Part shown: positions 24,798 to 28,334 of the stretch, one piece after another
Numbering within the stretch: the first letter of the stretch is position 1
How the letters are laid out: each line of letters begins with the position of its first letter
Virus record (IMG/VR): IMGVR_UViG_3300017761_001206
Coordinates: 1 to 28,334 of that record
Strand: one strand, 5' to 3'
DNA length: 28,334 bases
From: a virus
Lineage: Duplodnaviria; Caudoviricetes
Position numbers and translations under genes: made by a program
Notes under the pieces: generated by a model
The model's database searches: none
What the model saw: only the letters and a program-made list of their open reading frames with translations
Told to the model about the DNA's origin: nothing

Positions 24798-25442
24798 ATG
24801 GCAATAACAGTAACAAATATCCTAGGTACAGATTCATTAACAGCATCTAGACCTATTCTCAATGATAACTTTAATATACTTAAAGATGAGATCAACGCTA
24901 TTGAAGCATATATTGATCCTGATGCTGGTACCATTGACGGTTTAGTTTCTTTACAAGCCGGTGAACTTAGAGTAGGTCCAGTATCTTCATACTTTATGGA
25001 GATCTCTTCATCTGTATTTAATATCAATACTGATGTAACATTTACATCATCAACTGCGGTGATGACAATTAATGGCATTGTTTCACATGACAGCTTTGCT
25101 GTACTTGATTCTAATATCACAGGTGCTTCAGTTACAGTTGATCCTACAACTGGTAGCAGAAACTATTCTATTAAAAACACAACTACAGGCGGCTATATTA
25201 TCGCTGTAGACGATGGATATTTTGGCCAAGAAGTTACCTTCTTTTGTGAACAGGCTGCAGGTTCTATAGACATAGCGGCTTCAGGTACTAGCCAATTCGT
25301 ATTCGGTGCAGGTAGTGGTTATATTAACCAAACTGTAACCTTATTTGAAGTTGGCTCAAACATCACTCTTAGATTCATGGTTGATTCTTCAGGTAATGGA
25401 TCTTGGTACGCAGTGGCTTATCATAATGTAACATTCTCTTAA
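24798..25442 (+). CDS. Virion structural protein, short fibre/baseplate appendage-like (214 aa)
   Basis: N-terminal GTDSLTASRPILNDNF is a common fibre/baseplate anchoring motif; Ser/Thr/Gly-rich beta C-terminus. Confidence 0.6.
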   Translation: MAITVTNILGTDSLTASRPILNDNFNILKDEINAIEAYIDPDAGTIDGLVSLQAGELRVGPVSSYFMEISSSVFNINTDVTFTSSTAVMTINGIVSHDSFAVLDSNITGASVTVDPTTGSRNYSIKNTTTGGYIIAVDDGYFGQEVTFFCEQAAGSIDIAASGTSQFVFGAGSGYINQTVTLFEVGSNITLRFMVDSSGNGSWYAVAYHNVTFS

Positions 25443-25445
25443 TAG

Positions 25446-27515
25446 ATGGCAACTCCTTTAATAAGAACACCACAGGTCAGCGGCGGAGTATTTTATGCTT
25501 TCGCATCTTCTGCTAAAGATTTATCTAAAACGTTTAATAATGATCAGTTAAAGTTTCAATTTTCGAAATATGCTTTACTGAATATACCTAATATTGAGGT
25601 ACCTTTACATAAGGAAAATTATATCCAGTTTAGAACCATTGATGGTGCTATATTCAATGGATTAAATTCAGATAACAACGTTAACTTAGCCGAGTCATTC
25701 CAGAACTATGCTTTAAATATTGAAGCACTTCTGATGGCAGATAATGATTATGATACATCTTTAAAGAGATCAGTATCAGAAAGGGTGTTTTTCAAATGGT
25801 TGAAAGAACTGGGTGCTATAAGATTTAAAGACGCCTCAGTAACCGAAAAGAGCCTTAACGCTGGCACTTTATTCACTGAGGAGAAAATAGCTACATCTGG
25901 TACTAGAAGATATAGCAGAGTTGTAGAATACATTGGTGATATAGATGTAACAAACAACGTTGATAAAGGCGGACAAGCATATACTGAAATTTATTTCAAT
26001 GTACCGACAAGAGTAGGTAATACACCCGTTGTATTATTTGAGCCGGTTTCAGATACTAACTATTTGCCTGATATGATTATATCACCAGGTAATAGTGAAT
26101 TTATTTATGGTAGAAATTCATCAACTCTACAACCTGACGGCCTAAGCATTAGTGCTTTTTATGATGAGGATGTTGCTATAACGTATACAGACCCATTGGC
26201 TAAATGGTGGAACGTATCCAATCCTGATAGCTATTTCACGGATCCATTTACGTTTGAGGATTCTACCAGTGTAGAAATTACTAAATACCCAGGTGATTAC
26301 CCAGGTGCAGATACATTTACACCGATCACATATCTCAGAAACAGATTAGATGGTATATCAATCGACTGGAATGCAGATGACTATTATGACATTGCTGTAG
26401 ATCCAGAGATAAGCACAATACAGGAATACAACTCTAGCTACAAGGCTAAAAACTTTAGCTTTAACGCTATTCTTGTTTATTATGATTTGTATGATGTTTC
26501 TAATCCAGATGATAGAGCTACAAATTTATATGGTGTTATCTTTATAGATAACGTTACAGATACTGCGTCTACGAGTTACATTCAAAGATTTGAAAAGTTT
26601 AAACCTAATTTAGTAACAGGTTTAAACGGTAACTCATATGGTTTAAAGCTTAATTTGAATTTTGATACAAGTGTTGATAACTCAACTATTGAAACTATCA
26701 TTAATGACTACAGTCAGTTCTCAATGGACTTGTTTATTGATACCAGTGTACAATTACAAGAAGCCACTAGAATTTTATTACAGTCGCAGAATAGTTTAAT
26801 AGATGTCAACAACAGGGTTAATGAGCTTGAAACAATGATCTTCTCACAAGAAGATGTTAACGAGCTTAAGGGTCGTATGACATCACTTGAAGCACAGGTT
26901 AATAATGCTCAACTTGCACTTTCAAACTCTAATTCAATTATAGATCTTATTGCTAGTACAAGTGATACTATAACTCAGATTGTTAATGGTACTATACCTA
27001 TCAATCTGCAATACAATGTAGATGTTCTAAAGGCTGGAGATGGAATCCAGTTAGATAAGTCTACACCGAATATTGTTAGAGTTATAAATACTGTTCAGCA
27101 ATATAACATCAATGGTATATTCACTGATGTTAATTTTAATTTCCCGATAAACAGTTCATCTCCACTTAACCTTAATCAGAACGTGATTAAGTCATATATT
27201 AAGCTGGAAACTTTTACTAATATGATAAGAGTTAATACTGAGAACTCTGCATTAGCTGATGTTAAGATTTACATTAATGACAGCGCTGTATCATTTAAAG
27301 AAGGACAGACAGTAAGATTTTCTTTTGACACAGACTTCAATCTTAACGGTAAAAACGTGATTATATACACTGACAAACTTAATAAGTTTGGTCAAGGATC
27401 ACTTGGTCTAGCAATAGGTACAATAACATCGGTTGACTTAAGTACTAAGCCGATATTTGAACTTATATGTTTAGATAATATAAATTATACGTTCGCAATA
27501 GACATTATAAAGTAA
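25446..27515 (+). CDS. Large structural protein of unknown function (689 aa) with an internal coiled coil
   Basis: In the structural operon; heptads in LIDVNNRVNELE...LKGRMTSLEAQVNN; Asn/Asp/Thr-rich. Confidence 0.7.
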   Translation: MATPLIRTPQVSGGVFYAFASSAKDLSKTFNNDQLKFQFSKYALLNIPNIEVPLHKENYIQFRTIDGAIFNGLNSDNNVNLAESFQNYALNIEALLMADNDYDTSLKRSVSERVFFKWLKELGAIRFKDASVTEKSLNAGTLFTEEKIATSGTRRYSRVVEYIGDIDVTNNVDKGGQAYTEIYFNVPTRVGNTPVVLFEPVSDTNYLPDMIISPGNSEFIYGRNSSTLQPDGLSISAFYDEDVAITYTDPLAKWWNVSNPDSYFTDPFTFEDSTSVEITKYPGDYPGADTFTPITYLRNRLDGISIDWNADDYYDIAVDPEISTIQEYNSSYKAKNFSFNAILVYYDLYDVSNPDDRATNLYGVIFIDNVTDTASTSYIQRFEKFKPNLVTGLNGNSYGLKLNLNFDTSVDNSTIETIINDYSQFSMDLFIDTSVQLQEATRILLQSQNSLIDVNNRVNELETMIFSQEDVNELKGRMTSLEAQVNNAQLALSNSNSIIDLIASTSDTITQIVNGTIPINLQYNVDVLKAGDGIQLDKSTPNIVRVINTVQQYNINGIFTDVNFNFPINSSSPLNLNQNVIKSYIKLETFTNMIRVNTENSALADVKIYINDSAVSFKEGQTVRFSFDTDFNLNGKNVIIYTDKLNKFGQGSLGLAIGTITSVDLSTKPIFELICLDNINYTFAIDIIK

Positions 27516-27516
27516 C

Positions 27517-28334
27517 ATGAGTAATACTAAAAATTCATTATCGACATTGATGTCTCAGTTTATAAGACTGAACAGAAATGCACTTGAGGTTTTCCAAAGA
27601 TTAAACGAGGCTATTACTACGAATAGAGAATCCGTAACTGTAGAATTGTTTGACGATAATGATACGCTTAAAAGTATACAGGTACCTAGTTTCGGTCACT
27701 TATTAAAAAGAATAACTGATGCTGAAAACAACATCAAGAACTTAACGGGTGTAGGTAATACTGACGTGAATGTTAGACTATCTGATGGTAGCTACAGAAA
27801 AATTATTGCATCGAAGCTTAAGCTGCCTGCATCAAACGTTACTTCTATTGCGGCACCTACGACCTTTAATATAAAAAGCAACTACTTCTTTGAGTCTTTT
27901 ATAGACCCTTTGATGTATGTTAGCCTAGACCTTTCAGGTCAGATACCAATTGATACTGAAAACATACTTGTTAGAAGATATCTGTTGCAGATTGACAACG
28001 AAGAAAAGAGAAGATATTTTAATAAGAACTTAAAGGGAAGATCTGATATTAGCTTCACGCAGCTTATCAGTGATCTTCTTTCACAAAGCATTTCATTCGT
28101 CCTTGATGAAGAAATTCTAGATACACCACCTAGAACAATTAACTATATTGGTAAATTTGACGTTATTAAGATATCAGATGTTACCAGACAGGTTCTTTCT
28201 AATGGTGTAACAACAGATATAAGACGTAAGACTTATAAGCTAAACAAACTTACATACACGGATGTACTATCAGGCAGCTCAGATACTTTAAGTTTAAAGA
28301 TTGGTGATGAGTTAATGGTAAACAATACCAATAA
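27517..28334 (+). CDS. Probable structural protein, 3'-truncated by the window edge (absent from the ORF track)
   Basis: ATG at 27517, 1 nt after the previous stop; reads MSNTKNSLSTLMSQFIRLNRNALEVF... with no stop before 28334. Confidence 0.85.
   Translation, partial: MSNTKNSLSTLMSQFIRLNRNALEVFQRLNEAITTNRESVTVELFDDNDTLKSIQVPSFGHLLKRITDAENNIKNLTGVGNTDVNVRLSDGSYRKIIASKLKLPASNVTSIAAPTTFNIKSNYFFESFIDPLMYVSLDLSGQIPIDTENILVRRYLLQIDNEEKRRYFNKNLKGRSDISFTQLISDLLSQSISFVLDEEILDTPPRTINYIGKFDVIKISDVTRQVLSNGVTTDIRRKTYKLNKLTYTDVLSGSSDTLSLKIGDELMVNNTN

Noticed and set aside
247-25957. All short minus-strand ORFs in the track (60-128 aa)
   Set aside because: Each lies antisense to a longer, motif-bearing + strand gene, has shadow-like composition and has no motifs.
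1-28334. Stop-codon reassignment (TAG/TGA recoding as in some large phages)
   Set aside because: Genes are full-length and tightly packed under the standard code; TGA (2373, 2611) and TAG (7746) appear to act as stops.
1-28334. tRNA, structured ncRNA, CRISPR array, intron or intein
   Set aside because: The largest intergenic gaps are about 60 nt and are explained by promoter/terminator signals; no repeat-spacer pattern, split gene or intein motif was noticed by eye.

Overview
A 28.3-kb, AT-rich, very densely coded segment of a large (probably jumbo) T4-like contractile-tailed phage genome. All credible genes are on the + strand and read with the standard code. Positions 1-4480 hold DNA metabolism and accessory genes: an ATP-dependent DNA ligase (5'-truncated), an Fpg/Nei glycosylase that closely resembles animal NEIL1, a 4-TM protein, a three-gene operon whose products carry T4-style capsid-targeting N-termini (one is a RimK-like ATP-grasp ligase), and dCMP deaminase. 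Positions 4510-9296 hold a modular fibre protein and several hypotheticals. Positions 9329-28334 hold a baseplate/neck module: tube-initiator-like, gp53/LysM-like, hub, gp5-type spike without lysozyme, gp13 neck, gp25, gp6, gp7-like and unknown structural proteins. Two non-structural genes sit inside this module: a four-domain ribosomal protein S1 homologue with its own promoter region and terminator, and a COOH-NH2 amidoligase overlapping the neck gene. Two putative phage promoter classes are visible: a late-type RATATATA box (including an exact 20-bp repeat 12.5 kb apart) and AAAC-N16-ATATAA-N5-ATG (predicting leaderless mRNA). No Shine-Dalgarno motifs were seen, A is common at -3, and one TAnnTTTG box is present, which together suggest a Bacteroidota host. 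Family calls rest on motif recognition by eye; no searches were run. No tRNA, rRNA, CRISPR array or mobile element was seen.
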